Shown here: piece by piece, positions 9,600 to 19,871 of the stretch
Numbering within the stretch: position 1 is the first letter of the stretch
Layout: the number at the start of each line of letters is the position of its first letter
Origin: a candidate division Zixibacteria bacterium SM23_81
GTDB taxonomy: Bacteria; SM23-81
Assembly: GCA_001304015.1 (NCBI GenBank)
Contig: LJUY01000008.1
Location: 7,221 to 71,220, forward strand
DNA: 64,000 nt
Direction: 5' to 3'
Position numbers and translations under genes: made by a program
Notes under the pieces: generated by a model
The model's input: the letters and a program-made list of their open reading frames with translations, nothing else
Databases searched by the model: none
Told to the model about the DNA's origin: nothing

Positions 9600-11405
9600 C
9601 TATTCCGGATATGAATCCATTGCCTTGTTCCAGGCGCGGAGCTTTGTGACCCTCTCGTTCCGATCGGCTGGAAGCTCAAAGGGCTGGCGTCCCCTGGCGT
9701 CTATGATGATGCCCGTGACACCGCCGGGAGCCTTCGTTTCCACGTTCTTGCCACGGCCAGCGCCGATATCGAAGCCGCGAGCCGGCTCGATGTTGACGGC
9801 CACAGGCTGACCATACGGAGCGGGTAGAACGAAAAAGTCCCCGTACATCACCTCTCGCTCCGTCGTCTCTCCACCGGGAACGGAGATGGAGATCTTCATG
9901 CAGGGCTTGCCGGGTTTGCCGGTTCCCACCGGGGCGATGCAGGTCCCTAGGCGGATGAGGCAATCCTTGGTGAACACTTCCGTGGCCGCTTTCTTGTGAA
10001 CCGTCGCCAGAACACCCAGTTGAGGCATCATGAAGATGCTGTCCACGGCTAACTGGGTGATGCCTTCCGGCAGGAAGGCATCGATCAGCATGTGGGCGGC
10101 CTGCTGCCGGCGCGGCGCGTGGGAGAGCGCCCCACCGCTGCCCACCAGCATATCTAGGCTCATCATGTTCACCAGGGTCTGGCCGCTGGCTTTCTGGTCG
10201 AAAGTGTCCGAGACGGTGCGCTGCTGCTGGATGCCCTTCAGGCCAACGGCAAAGGATTTATGCTGGATGAAAGCCAACCGGAGAGCCTCCCGGGCGATGG
10301 CCTGTTCCACCATCAGCTCCTCCAGGGATTGGGGAATGGTGGTGGGGCGGATCATCTTGTTACCGATCCGGTTGCGCAAATCGGCCTCATCCATATCGAA
10401 CGGTACCCAGCGCATGATGTTTGCCATCCCGGCCTCGGCCAGAACGTTGGAAACGCTGTAGCTCATTCCTAAATTAGCGCTGACGGTGCGGTTAAATTTC
10501 TTTTGAAAGACGGAGAAAATATCCGTGGTGGCTCCGCCAATATCCACGCCGACCACCTCGATATTCTCCATCTCAGCGATGGTCTGGATGATACTCCCCA
10601 CGGCGCCCGGGGTGGGCATGATGGGCACGTCGGTCCAGGACATCAATTTGTTGTAACCAGGAGCCTGTGCCATGACGTGCTCCATGAACAGATCATGGAT
10701 CTTCTCGCGAGCCGGACCAAGATTTTCCCGCTCTAAAACCGGGCGTAAGTTCTCCACCACATCCAGGGAGGTCTTCTCCTGCAGGATAGTCTCGATGTTC
10801 TGTGTGGCGTCTTTGTTGCCAGCATAGATGACGGGAAGCTGGTAGCCTATGCCCAAACGTGGCCGAGGATTGGCTGCCTCAACGAGCTCTGCCAGCTCCA
10901 CCACATGAGATATGGTACCTCCGTCGATACCGCCCGAGAGAAGGATCATATCCGGACGCAGGTGCCGGATGCGCTCGATTCTCTCGTGGGGCAAACGTCC
11001 GTCGTTGGAGGCCAAGACATCCATAACGATAGCTCCAGCGCCTAGCGCCGCCCTCTCGGCGCTCTCAGCGGTCATGCTCTTGACCACACCGGTGACCATC
11101 ATCTGGAGGCCGCCGCCGGCGCTGCTGGTGGATAGGAACAAATCGGCACCTCGCTTGCCCTCCTGGGGGGTGATGATTTTCTCCCCTTCCAGCAGGGTTC
11201 GACCGGACAACTCCTCCACCTCCCGGATGGCGTTCAAAGCCCCTTTGGTCACGTCTTCCACGGGGGCCTCCACTGTGGTGGGTGCCTCTCCGCGAACGAT
11301 GAGGCGATACTCGCCATCTCGTTTTTCTATGAGGATTGCCTTGGTGGTGGTGCTTCCGCAATCGGTGGCCAGTACGGACTGAACGTTTTGTAAGTCCTTG
11401 CTCAT
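9600..11405 (-). CDS. MutL/GlmL-family ASKHA (actin-fold) ATPase (glutamate mutase subunit L-like), no mutase partner in window
   Basis: 601 aa with an N-terminal phosphate-1 motif ATDCGSTTTKAIL, a second VGVDIGGATTD motif, and the size and architecture of GlmL/MutL-like proteins. Confidence 0.5.
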   Translation of the reverse strand: MSKDLQNVQSVLATDCGSTTTKAILIEKRDGEYRLIVRGEAPTTVEAPVEDVTKGALNAIREVEELSGRTLLEGEKIITPQEGKRGADLFLSTSSAGGGLQMMVTGVVKSMTAESAERAALGAGAIVMDVLASNDGRLPHERIERIRHLRPDMILLSGGIDGGTISHVVELAELVEAANPRPRLGIGYQLPVIYAGNKDATQNIETILQEKTSLDVVENLRPVLERENLGPAREKIHDLFMEHVMAQAPGYNKLMSWTDVPIMPTPGAVGSIIQTIAEMENIEVVGVDIGGATTDIFSVFQKKFNRTVSANLGMSYSVSNVLAEAGMANIMRWVPFDMDEADLRNRIGNKMIRPTTIPQSLEELMVEQAIAREALRLAFIQHKSFAVGLKGIQQQRTVSDTFDQKASGQTLVNMMSLDMLVGSGGALSHAPRRQQAAHMLIDAFLPEGITQLAVDSIFMMPQLGVLATVHKKAATEVFTKDCLIRLGTCIAPVGTGKPGKPCMKISISVPGGETTEREVMYGDFFVLPAPYGQPVAVNIEPARGFDIGAGRGKNVETKAPGGVTGIIIDARGRQPFELPADRNERVTKLRAWNKAMDSYPE

Positions 11406-11800
11406 CGCCGCCCCCTTTTGCGCTCTTTCTTCGCTCTTTTTATCTCCTGATCTCTCAAGATCTGTTCCTCCTGGAGCCTCTCGATTCTCTGTATGAGAAA
11501 CTCGATGTTGTCGCGGTTCTCTATCATATCAGTAACTTCTTCATAATCTTTGAAGTTGAAGATGGGTTGGATGATGGGATTAAAGAAGACCAGCAGCTGG
11601 CTGCCAAGAAAGCTGAGCGGCTTGGTCGACTCCAACAGGAAGATGGCCATGGCTGAGACGCGCAGGTCCACAATGCGTCGTGCTACCTTCTCCAACAGCT
11701 CCGCCTGCCGTGTGTTTAGATCAACAGCCACAGTCCATTTTCTCCCCGATGAAGTTGAGGATCTCCTCTCTTTTTCCGCCGAAGGGGAGATAGACTCCAC
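11402..11800 (-). CDS. hypothetical protein (start uncertain; possibly 11650)
   Basis: 132-aa ORF overlapping the MutL-like stop by 4 bp (translational coupling). Its C-terminus is K/R/E-rich. The 5' part overlaps the next gene, so a later start is likely. Confidence 0.3.
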   Translation of the reverse strand: MESISPSAEKERRSSTSSGRKWTVAVDLNTRQAELLEKVARRIVDLRVSAMAIFLLESTKPLSFLGSQLLVFFNPIIQPIFNFKDYEEVTDMIENRDNIEFLIQRIERLQEEQILRDQEIKRAKKERKRGRR

Positions 11801-12284
11801 GGAAGCTCTCCAGCCTCGAGGGTCTCGGATATGGGCTTAGGTGAACCCCCTTTTGGCCCACGTAATGTTTCTTCAGCACGGACCAATTGCGCTTCTTGCT
11901 GGAGAGGAGTCCACGAACTGAGACACTCTCAGGGCCCAGCCGATAGTGCGTGGGAAAGAAAAAGCTGGCCAGCGATCCCAAAAGGATGAGAGCCGACAGT
12001 GAGGCCCATGCGATCCCCAACCATGAGGAGATGGCCCAGACGACCACGACGAGAAGGAGAATCACGGCCGCTGAGCGCCAAAAGCTTTGGCTTAGGGGCC
12101 AGACGGTCCAGCTCAGAGATGGGTTTATTTCGGTCCCATGAGTGGCATCTCCGTTCTGTTTCCGGATGCCCTCCGAAGATTTAGCCTGTGTTGATGAAAA
12201 AGTCGCTCCCATGTTTCGTTGAGTGCTAGCGCCCACCGTTCGTTCTTTTCCTTGACCCCGCAAAAGCTTATTCAAGCTTGACAA
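11721..12284 (-). CDS. hypothetical membrane protein
   Basis: 187-aa ORF with hydrophobic helices (AAVILLLVVVVWAISSWLGIAWASLSALILLGSLASFFF). It overlaps the upstream gene's stop, as in an operon. Confidence 0.35.
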   Translation of the reverse strand: MSSLNKLLRGQGKERTVGASTQRNMGATFSSTQAKSSEGIRKQNGDATHGTEINPSLSWTVWPLSQSFWRSAAVILLLVVVVWAISSWLGIAWASLSALILLGSLASFFFPTHYRLGPESVSVRGLLSSKKRNWSVLKKHYVGQKGVHLSPYPRPSRLESFRGVYLPFGGKREEILNFIGEKMDCGC

Positions 12285-14151
12285 CTTGACCTTCTTGCAC
12301 GGTTAATATCGAGGCCTCATCATTGGCACCGTTGTTCTTGGCGAAGGTAATTTTGCCGGTCAGGCCAGGAAAACGTTCGGTGTGAGAGAGAAACTGACGC
12401 ATCCCCTCTCGATCCAGGATTTTCTGTTGCACACCTTGGAGGACAAGCCGGGCACAATCGTAACTGAAAACGGCTACCTTGCCCGGTTTTTTGCCATGGC
12501 GAATTTCATAGTCAGCGGCAAAGCGCGAATATTCTTTGGTGAAAAGCTCCTCGGAGAAGTCGGTGGCAAAGACAACTCCCTCTAGATAGTGACCTCCAAT
12601 GCGCATTGCCTCCTGGCTTCCCCAACCGCTGGTGCCCAGGATGCGAGTCTCGATGCGGTGAAAGGCGATTTGGGGGGCTATCATGCCAGCCTCCTCGGGG
12701 TAAGCCGGGATGAAGATACCGTCGATGAAGACCCTCCTCTCCTCGGGAGGAATTGAGTCGGGCTCTTCGGGATTCAGTGTCGTGGGCAATTGGTCCAGAC
12801 CCATCACGCTATCGTCTTGAGCTTGCCTGAGGAGCCGGATTCGGGTTAACTGGTTTTTAAAATCGGTGGCCCCAACCTGATACCACGCTACTGTCAGAAT
12901 CTCAGCCCCACGTTCTTGAGCCTCTCGGGAGAATCCCTCTACGGCGGCATTGCCGTATTCGTCCCTGGGGGCCAACAAGGCAAACTGTCGCATGCCTAGC
13001 GCATCTGTTGCGTAAGCTGCCATCTTCTCGCCCAGTACATGAGCAGCCACACTCCGCTGAAATGTGAACTTGCCGATGGTCGAGATCTCTCCCTCCGAGG
13101 CAGTTGGCGTAATGAGTGGCACTCTGTGACAGTCGCTGACGGCTCCTGCGCCAACGGCGGTCGCGCTGAGCAGGGGGCCGATGATAGCCAGGGCACCTTC
13201 CTGATTAATAAGAGCCCTGGTGACCAGCAGAGCTTCCACTGCGGAGGCCTTGGAGTCTTTCACCTTTAGCCTGACTTTTGTGTCCCAGAGAGTGTTGTGC
13301 TCCTCGACAGCCTGCTGGACACCGCGGTGCAACTCCTCCCCATAGCTGGCTAACGGGCCGGATAAAGGACAGACGACGCCGATGTTCACAGTCTGTAGAG
13401 GTTTCTGAGCCGCAGCTGTCCTGATCTTGTCCGCCTCAGAAACGAGATCACTGTTTGGAAAGAGGGTGAGGATCCGCTCCGCCGCCGCCACCGCTTCTTC
13501 TCTATGGTCAGCGGCGAGCTCCCGTTGTGCTATTTCCAATAGAATCCTCGGGCTCAAGGCATCATTTGGTAAGCCGTCATAGAGTTTAGACAGCTGCGAT
13601 AATGAGAGCTCAGAGGAGATGAGGACGCGAAGACAATCCCTGGCCAGATTCCCTAAGGCGGGAACGTCTGTGTTCCTGATAACCTGGCGGAACTGATCGG
13701 CGGCGCGCCAGAAGTTCCCCTGGCGATAGTAACAGTTTCCTAGAACGTAATGGGCGTTATCCAGATAGGTGCTGTGTCCAAATTTCTTAAGAAGGGTCTG
13801 CAGGTTTTCAATGGCCTGATTATAATTTTGCAGCCAATAATAGCATTTGGCCTGCATGAGCAGTGACGCTGTGAACCGTCTGTGGCTCGGAAAATCCCGA
13901 AGTAATCCACGAAAGCCGATAAGCGCCCGGTAGTAGTCTGCATCCCGATAGCTTTCAACAGCCTTTTGAAACAGCCTTTCGGGATCCTCTCCAGAAATTA
14001 TTTCCTCTCCTGCGGGAGATTTTCCCATGAGGCACAAGGCTATTAGCAAAATGGCCAATGCCAAACGGCAGGGTATCGAAAAACAAAAGCAGTTTTTTCT
14101 CATGGCTCCACAAAAAAAATCGAGGTGGAAATGCCCTGTCCCTCTTCGCAT
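12268..14151 (-). CDS. TPR + periplasmic-binding-protein (type 1, LivK-like) fold protein; LpoA-like (PBP activator-like) architecture
   Basis: 627 aa with an N-terminal signal/anchor, TPR repeats (YYRALIGF…, AKCYYWLQNYNQAIENL…, LGNCYYRQGNFWRAADQF) and then a Peripla_BP_6-like domain (VNIGVVCPLSGPLASYGEEL…). Confidence 0.55.
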   Translation of the reverse strand: MRRGTGHFHLDFFCGAMRKNCFCFSIPCRLALAILLIALCLMGKSPAGEEIISGEDPERLFQKAVESYRDADYYRALIGFRGLLRDFPSHRRFTASLLMQAKCYYWLQNYNQAIENLQTLLKKFGHSTYLDNAHYVLGNCYYRQGNFWRAADQFRQVIRNTDVPALGNLARDCLRVLISSELSLSQLSKLYDGLPNDALSPRILLEIAQRELAADHREEAVAAAERILTLFPNSDLVSEADKIRTAAAQKPLQTVNIGVVCPLSGPLASYGEELHRGVQQAVEEHNTLWDTKVRLKVKDSKASAVEALLVTRALINQEGALAIIGPLLSATAVGAGAVSDCHRVPLITPTASEGEISTIGKFTFQRSVAAHVLGEKMAAYATDALGMRQFALLAPRDEYGNAAVEGFSREAQERGAEILTVAWYQVGATDFKNQLTRIRLLRQAQDDSVMGLDQLPTTLNPEEPDSIPPEERRVFIDGIFIPAYPEEAGMIAPQIAFHRIETRILGTSGWGSQEAMRIGGHYLEGVVFATDFSEELFTKEYSRFAADYEIRHGKKPGKVAVFSYDCARLVLQGVQQKILDREGMRQFLSHTERFPGLTGKITFAKNNGANDEASILTVQEGQVVKLE

Positions 14152-14230
14152 TAGAAAACGGACAGCACCTCGATAATCCTCGCGTTCATGTGGTCACCGA
14201 CGTGCCTGGCCGAAGCACAAACCGAGGGCG

Positions 14231-14731
14231 TCACTCATTAAACGAAAACTTGCCGAAATCCTCTGGATTAATTTTCTTCAGGCGCTCTCGTAAACTTTGA
14301 GCTCTATCTTCCTCGCTGAGCCCCGTTTTTTTCCGATCAGCCTCCAAGACGTGGTTGGCCACATATATAGGCGCGTCACAGCGAAGGGCGAGGGCGATAG
14401 AATCGCTGGGGCGCGCGTCGATAGTGAGCAGAGAATTTTCCCGCTCTACGTAAATTTGGGCGTAAAAGGTCTGATCCCGCAAATCGTTGATAACCACCTT
14501 AATGACTTTGCCGTCGAACCCATCGATGATCAATTTCATAAGATCATGAGTCAAAGGGCGCTTAATGCTGAGATCGGCCAATTTCATGGCGATGGCTGCG
14601 GCTTCTGCATGACCAATCCAGATGGGCAAAACGCGTTTTCCTTCGTCTTGAGTTTCTGCAAGAACCACAACAGGGGAATTAGTTCCCATATCGATGGCTA
14701 ATCCGCTGACATACATCTGTCGCATAATCAT
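14231..14731 (-). CDS. bifunctional nuclease (BFN/DUF151) family protein
   Basis: 166 aa with the BFN signature …VVLAETQDEGKRVLPIWIGHAEAAAIA…IDARPSDSIALALR…. Confidence 0.7.
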   Translation of the reverse strand: MIMRQMYVSGLAIDMGTNSPVVVLAETQDEGKRVLPIWIGHAEAAAIAMKLADLSIKRPLTHDLMKLIIDGFDGKVIKVVINDLRDQTFYAQIYVERENSLLTIDARPSDSIALALRCDAPIYVANHVLEADRKKTGLSEEDRAQSLRERLKKINPEDFGKFSFNE

Positions 14732-14764
14732 GAACTCTCTTTCTGGTCGCAGAAGTTGACGAGT

Positions 14765-15526
14765 CTATTTCGCTCCGAAGATGGCGGCCCAAGCCCCGGC
14801 GATAATGGCGATGATGGAGCCCAGGCCGAACTCCCATCGTGAGAAAGTTCTCTTGCTGGCGAACAATGAAAAACCAACTCGGGGCAAAAAGATCAGGGGG
14901 CTCAGGAGAAAGAGCCTTCCCCCCCCGGCCACAATTGTTGTGAGCATCCATCTCTCAGCATAAGCCAACATTCGCCAGGGGGATGATTGATCAGCTGCAA
15001 ATTCCAACTTCTCCGGAGAGATGGCCTTGTGAATGTAAAAACAGATCAGTGGACTTCCCCACACGGAGATGACGTATGCGATGCCCAGCTTAACCAGGGG
15101 AACACTGGCCGCGAGGTCCTGAGCTATGGCCCTTATCTGAGGGATTCGGTTCAGCAAGAAGCCGATTAGGACCACTGAGCCGATATGAAGCGCTTGGTCT
15201 AGAAGAAAATAAGCTAGGCGATCTTTACGTCCGCCACCGACGAGGATAAGCTTGCCCTTGTCAATAGCGATGTGGGAGAGCCACAAAATGAACAGGCCAC
15301 CCCATACTGCCGCCATCTTCAAGAAAGGTTTGGCCAACAATATGGCCACCAGTCCGAAGATTGTGCCGTGGAGGAAAACGCCCCAACCTTTTTCTTTCTT
15401 GACCGCGAAGACCGAGTCCGTCTGGAGAGGGAAGTCGGCGATAAGATGGGCCAGCAATAACCTCCACAAGAGGGCCATATGTGCATCTCCCAACCAAAAC
15501 AGACCAGACCTGAGCCCTCGGCACAA
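14765..15526 (-). CDS. DUF3307-like polytopic membrane protein
   Basis: 253 aa, strongly hydrophobic, with the motif LLAHLIADFPLQTD. Confidence 0.4.
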   Translation of the reverse strand: MCRGLRSGLFWLGDAHMALLWRLLLAHLIADFPLQTDSVFAVKKEKGWGVFLHGTIFGLVAILLAKPFLKMAAVWGGLFILWLSHIAIDKGKLILVGGGRKDRLAYFLLDQALHIGSVVLIGFLLNRIPQIRAIAQDLAASVPLVKLGIAYVISVWGSPLICFYIHKAISPEKLEFAADQSSPWRMLAYAERWMLTTIVAGGGRLFLLSPLIFLPRVGFSLFASKRTFSRWEFGLGSIIAIIAGAWAAIFGAK

Positions 15527-15799
15527 AGCAAAATATACAAAGTCGGTAAAAATAGGTCAAGGACTTTTTCATCGCCGAGGTCTCAAAATCTCCTTGACAA
15601 GGCCAAATTTATGGACTACTGTGAGAAGAAAGAGGGATGTAGGGGGGGCTGAGGTAAAAAATGGTGGACATACCAGGCAAATCTCTCTGGCTGTGAAACT
15701 TTTTTACCTTTTCTGGCGTAAGGGCAACAGAGGACTTGTTCGAGTAAGATGTTTATTTTGGCTAGCTCACGATTTTTTCTTTTTTGGAGGTGAACACCT

Positions 15800-17041
15800 A
15801 TGAAGGCAAAACCAGCCTATATCGTCATCACCGCGGTGGCGATCCCTTTTGCAGGTGCTCAGACACATGAGGCGAGCTGCCGAATTTATGGACAGGTCTA
15901 TACCCGAGATGACCAGGTTTTCGAAGGACAGATTCGTTGGGACGATCACGAGACATTTTGGGACGATATTCTTGACGCTGCGAAATACGGCTCGACGCGT
16001 GACTTTGATGAAAGTCGTGGGGTGCAAAGGCGCATTGAAATCTTAGGCATCAAGATATCGTGGACCGAGACCGAAGAGGTGGAGAGCGACAATCGTTTTG
16101 GGATTCGCATGGGCCGATTGAGCTCCATCAAGCGCCGTAACAGGAACTCGGCAGTTCTTGAGCTCAAAGACGGAACCCGGATTCGGGTGGGCAGCTCTGG
16201 AACGGACATCGGGTTGTCCAACCGCGGCATCGTGGTCATCGATGGGAATGTGGGCCGCACGAGCATTCAATGGTCTGATTTCGAAAAGGTGGTTTTCTCT
16301 CCGGAGCCCAGTGGGAAAGTGCAGGTCCCGAGTCAGGAAGCCTGGCGTCTTTATGGCACCGTGACCACCTGGGATGGCCAGCAATTCCGTGGGTTCATCA
16401 TGTGGGACAATGACGAGTGTCTCTCCTCTGATTTCCTGGATGGGGAATACGGAGGCAATGACATGGAGATACCCTTCTCCAAAATCAAGGCCATTGAGCG
16501 GAAATCCAGCAGTTCAGCCATAGTGGAGTTAACCAGTGGGAAACAGCTCCGTCTTGAGAACTCCAACGACGTAAACGACGAAAACCGAGGTATCGTGGTG
16601 AAGATCCCCCACTATGGCAGGTTAATCTTGGATTGGGACGACTTCGATCGGGCGGTATTCGAGAAGCCCCCCCAGGTAGACTTACAGGGGTATAACTATT
16701 ATGATGTGGGGGAGGCTCTTTACGGCAGGGTATGGGACGATCAGGGCAGGGAGTATCAGGGGCTGATTCGCTGGGACGATGATGAAACCATGACCTACGA
16801 GTTTCTGGACGGGGAGCTGGAGGACATTTCCGTGATGATCGAGTTTGGGGATATCGAGTCCATCCAGAAACGTTCCAACAGCTCTGCGAAAGTGGGGTTG
16901 AAGAGTGGACGATCTCTGGAGCTCACCGGCACCTGCGACGTCAACGACAAGAACCGGGGCATCTTCATAGAGGAGGGCACTGGCCAGGTCATCGAGTTGG
17001 ATTGGGACGAGTTCGATCGAGTGGTTTTCGGGAGGCCGTAA
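15800..17041 (+). CDS. secreted protein composed of three tandem ~110-125-aa repeats of an unassigned domain
   Basis: 413 aa with signal peptide MKAKPAYIVITAVAIPFAGAQT. The three repeats (aa ~28-179, 180-304, 305-413) share YG-V----G--F-G-I-WD-DE----FLDGE…NRGI…W-DFD--VF. Confidence 0.5.
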   Translation: MKAKPAYIVITAVAIPFAGAQTHEASCRIYGQVYTRDDQVFEGQIRWDDHETFWDDILDAAKYGSTRDFDESRGVQRRIEILGIKISWTETEEVESDNRFGIRMGRLSSIKRRNRNSAVLELKDGTRIRVGSSGTDIGLSNRGIVVIDGNVGRTSIQWSDFEKVVFSPEPSGKVQVPSQEAWRLYGTVTTWDGQQFRGFIMWDNDECLSSDFLDGEYGGNDMEIPFSKIKAIERKSSSSAIVELTSGKQLRLENSNDVNDENRGIVVKIPHYGRLILDWDDFDRAVFEKPPQVDLQGYNYYDVGEALYGRVWDDQGREYQGLIRWDDDETMTYEFLDGELEDISVMIEFGDIESIQKRSNSSAKVGLKSGRSLELTGTCDVNDKNRGIFIEEGTGQVIELDWDEFDRVVFGRP

Positions 17042-17131
17042 TGCCTTTGCTCAAGGGAGCAGCTCGCCATTTCGTTACTCTAGAAAGAGAACACCACTTA
17101 GCAAATAGGCATCGCCTCAAAGAGGTTTAGT

Positions 17132-17815
17132 GTGTCAGAGGAGCAAGACAACTACCAGCAGCTTAAGACGTTCGCGCTTAGCCAGGGCGTCTGTCTTTTC
17201 GGTGTGGCGGATGTCACGCCCATTCAGGACAGTTTTCACATAGAACCCCAGGAGAGCATCGCCCATCTGAAATGGGGCATCTCCATGGCCGTCCGGCTTT
17301 CCGATGCCGTCTTGGAGGGCATCGAAGACCGCCCGACTCTGTTGTACAAGCACCACTACCGGGAGGCCAATGAGTTGCTGGACGCCGTGGCCTTCCGGAT
17401 CGCATCGCTCATCCAGGAAATGGGGTATCGAGCAATGGCCATCGCCGCCTCACAGACCATCGACTGGAGGCGCCAGGTGGGGCATCTTTCCCACAAGAAG
17501 GTGGCAGTTCTGGCCGGATTGGGGTGGCTCGGGCGCCACAACCTGGTGGTCAATCCCAGCCATGGTGCCAGGATCCGCCTGGTGACGGTGCTCACCGATC
17601 TGCCCCTGGAGGTTGACCAGCCTGTCCAGGAGGACTGCGGTAAATGTCGGGATTGCATCCCCGTCTGCCCCGCCGGGGCGATCCATGATCGCCGGGAGGA
17701 ATTCGAGCATCAGTCTTGCTTTGAGCAGCTTCAGTATTTCGCTAAAAAGGAGAACATCGGGTATTACATCTGTGGGGTCTGTCAGAAAGCGTGTCGGGAA
17801 GGTCGTGGGAAGTAG
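17132..17815 (+). CDS. short QueG-like Fe-S protein (DUF1730 + single 4Fe-4S motif; epoxyqueuosine-reductase family, truncated form)
   Basis: 227 aa. The region LAGLGWLGRHNLVVN…LPLEVDQPVQEDCGKCRDCIPVCPAGAI aligns with QueG's AGLGWTGKHSLILN…PLPVDQPVEEGCGKCVACMTICPTGAI. It lacks the C-terminal half of full-length QueG. Confidence 0.55.
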   Translation: MSEEQDNYQQLKTFALSQGVCLFGVADVTPIQDSFHIEPQESIAHLKWGISMAVRLSDAVLEGIEDRPTLLYKHHYREANELLDAVAFRIASLIQEMGYRAMAIAASQTIDWRRQVGHLSHKKVAVLAGLGWLGRHNLVVNPSHGARIRLVTVLTDLPLEVDQPVQEDCGKCRDCIPVCPAGAIHDRREEFEHQSCFEQLQYFAKKENIGYYICGVCQKACREGRGK

Positions 17816-18015
17816 AATCGCACTCGTTGTCAAGGGTCGAGGATTGGGGGGAGAGTATTTAGGGGAGAGGGACTCCATCTCGTGTTCCGATCTCTAAAAC
17901 AGTGTGACCAGATTTGATATATTTTTCCCTCAATCCTAATTCCTCTATCCGAAAATCTGAGATAGGGAGTTGGGAGGGGGAAGACGCTACTTCTCAAACA
18001 GTAAGGATTCAAGTC

Positions 18016-19023
18016 ATGTTTTCCAACGAACCCAAACGAATCTCCTTGGCTCGTTTGCCTACTCCCATCCAGAAGCTGGAGAAGCTGATCGCCCTGTTTG
18101 GCGGGCCGGAGCTGTATATCAAAAGAGACGACCTGACGGGCATCGGGTTGTCAGGGAACAAGGTGCGCAAGCTGGAGTATCTTCTGGCCGATGCCAAAGA
18201 CCAAGGCGCCGACACATTGATTACCTGCGGTGGCATCCAGTCCAATCACAGCCGGGCCACAGCCATCGCCGCCACTCAGAACGGCATGGATTCAGTTCTC
18301 GTCCTGCGAGGCAAGAGAGAGACCCCTTACGATGGCAACGTCCTTTTGGACAAGCTGGTGGGTGCTGAGATCCGGCTGGTCACCCCCGAACAGTATGCCC
18401 AGCGGATCGACCAGATCATGGAGCAGGTGGGCCAAGAGCTCAGAGACCAGGGGCGTCGACCATACGTCATCCCCGAAGGTGGGTCCAATCCCATCGGGGT
18501 CTGGGGCTATATCCGAGCAAGCGGCGAGATCAAGGACCAGCTGGAGGAGATGAACCTGAAGGTCGATGCGGTGGTCACCGCCGTGGGCTCCGGGGGGACC
18601 CAGGCTGGACTGTTAATCGGTGGGAAGCTGAGTGACTTAGGAGCTCGCGTTGTGGGATTCAACGTCTGCGATACCGCGAAGCACTTTCAAGCTCGCATCG
18701 GCCGTCTGGTGGCTGAGACTATTGAGAAATACGCCCTGCCATGCCAGATCTTCCCAGATGAGATTCTCCTGGTGGATGGATACGTCGGCCGAGGATACGC
18801 TTTAAGTCGGCCCCAGGAGCTGAAGCTCATCAAGACGGTAGCCCGCCAGGAGGGCGTCTTCCTGGATCCAGTTTACACGGGCAAAGCCCTCTTCGGCCTG
18901 GCCGATCAGATTCGCCGGGGACGTTTTAAAAAAGGGGAGAAGATTCTTTTCCTGCACACTGGAGGCATCTTCGGACTTTTCGTCCAGGAGAAGAGAGAGG
19001 GGTTATTCCCCGGAAAGGCTTGA
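18016..19023 (+). CDS. dcyD: D-cysteine desulfhydrase / ACC-deaminase family PLP enzyme
   Basis: The region ISLARLPTPIQKLEKL…YIKRDDLTGIGLSGNKVRKLEYLLADAKDQGADTLITCGGIQSNHSRATA matches the DcyD family. The ORF-track start at 17914 is probably an N-terminal over-extension. The chosen start is the ATG at 18016 (MFSNEPKR…). Confidence 0.8.
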   Translation: MFSNEPKRISLARLPTPIQKLEKLIALFGGPELYIKRDDLTGIGLSGNKVRKLEYLLADAKDQGADTLITCGGIQSNHSRATAIAATQNGMDSVLVLRGKRETPYDGNVLLDKLVGAEIRLVTPEQYAQRIDQIMEQVGQELRDQGRRPYVIPEGGSNPIGVWGYIRASGEIKDQLEEMNLKVDAVVTAVGSGGTQAGLLIGGKLSDLGARVVGFNVCDTAKHFQARIGRLVAETIEKYALPCQIFPDEILLVDGYVGRGYALSRPQELKLIKTVARQEGVFLDPVYTGKALFGLADQIRRGRFKKGEKILFLHTGGIFGLFVQEKREGLFPGKA

Positions 19024-19063
19024 AACTCGAAGGGGAGTAGAGCTGTTCTATCCAAGTATTTTT

Positions 19064-19100
19064 AAAACCTCCTGTGTTCTTTTTCCCAGGAGGTTTTCTT
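19064..19100 (+). terminator. Rho-independent terminator after dcyD
   Basis: aaacctcctg-(12 nt)-caggaggttt followed by tcttat. Confidence 0.5.
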
Positions 19101-19871
19101 ATGAAAATTGGGTACGCTGTACTCAATTGAGATGTTCCCCGTGACCGAGTCTAACAGCGCTGGTGTTCGCGAATTGGCGACAGTGCCATGAGCAGTTTGT
19201 CCTAAGTGCTAAGTGGCAGAGTGAGCCGAGGGTCGAGATCTTGATTTTTAGTTAAAGCTAATTGATTGATATACTAGTAGTTATCTTTGTTTTCGGCGCG
19301 CCGCCCGGATTGGCACGCAGCTTGCACCTTGAGCTTCACACATCCGGAAACTGAACGGGGGGAGATGTTGGTGCCCCTGTCACGCATCTGTGATCTGACA
19401 TCTCGCTACCGCCCAGGTCTTCCCCCGTCAGTTTCATCATGCTCGTATGGTGAGGATGCGAGATCTGCCGGTGAGGGGAGGAATGCGTGATTCGAGTGCC
19501 TCAATGAGAGAGCTTGGTCTTATCAGTCTGTTGTCATTGCGAGCCCCTTCACGAAGTGAAGCATCTAGGGCAGGCTCCGGCGAAGCAATCTTCGGGAAAA
19601 AGATGGTAGGTATTCGGCATACTATGCCCTGTGCTGAGAAATGCCGGATGCGATCTGTACACATGGTAAATGTTGGGTTTCGTTTATAGGGGGGAATGGT
19701 TGTTCGCTTCTGCGTGGGATGATAGCGCCCCACAAGCATGACGTCTAAAGGTACAGCGATTGGGATAAGACTGTGAAGGTGTACTTTCATATGCCCTTGC
19801 TGCTGTATTGGCAGTATGAAGCTTGGTGAGGGCTCGGAGTCTTTTGTTAATATTGGTCTTCACATTTAAAT

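Noticed and set aside
19437-19790. A 117-aa minus-strand ORF and neighbouring 60-80-aa ORFs in the 19.1-20.15 kb interval.
   Set aside because: Their compositions (Pro/Arg/Thr-rich, no hydrophobic core pattern) and mutual overlaps argue against coding. The interval is treated as non-coding.
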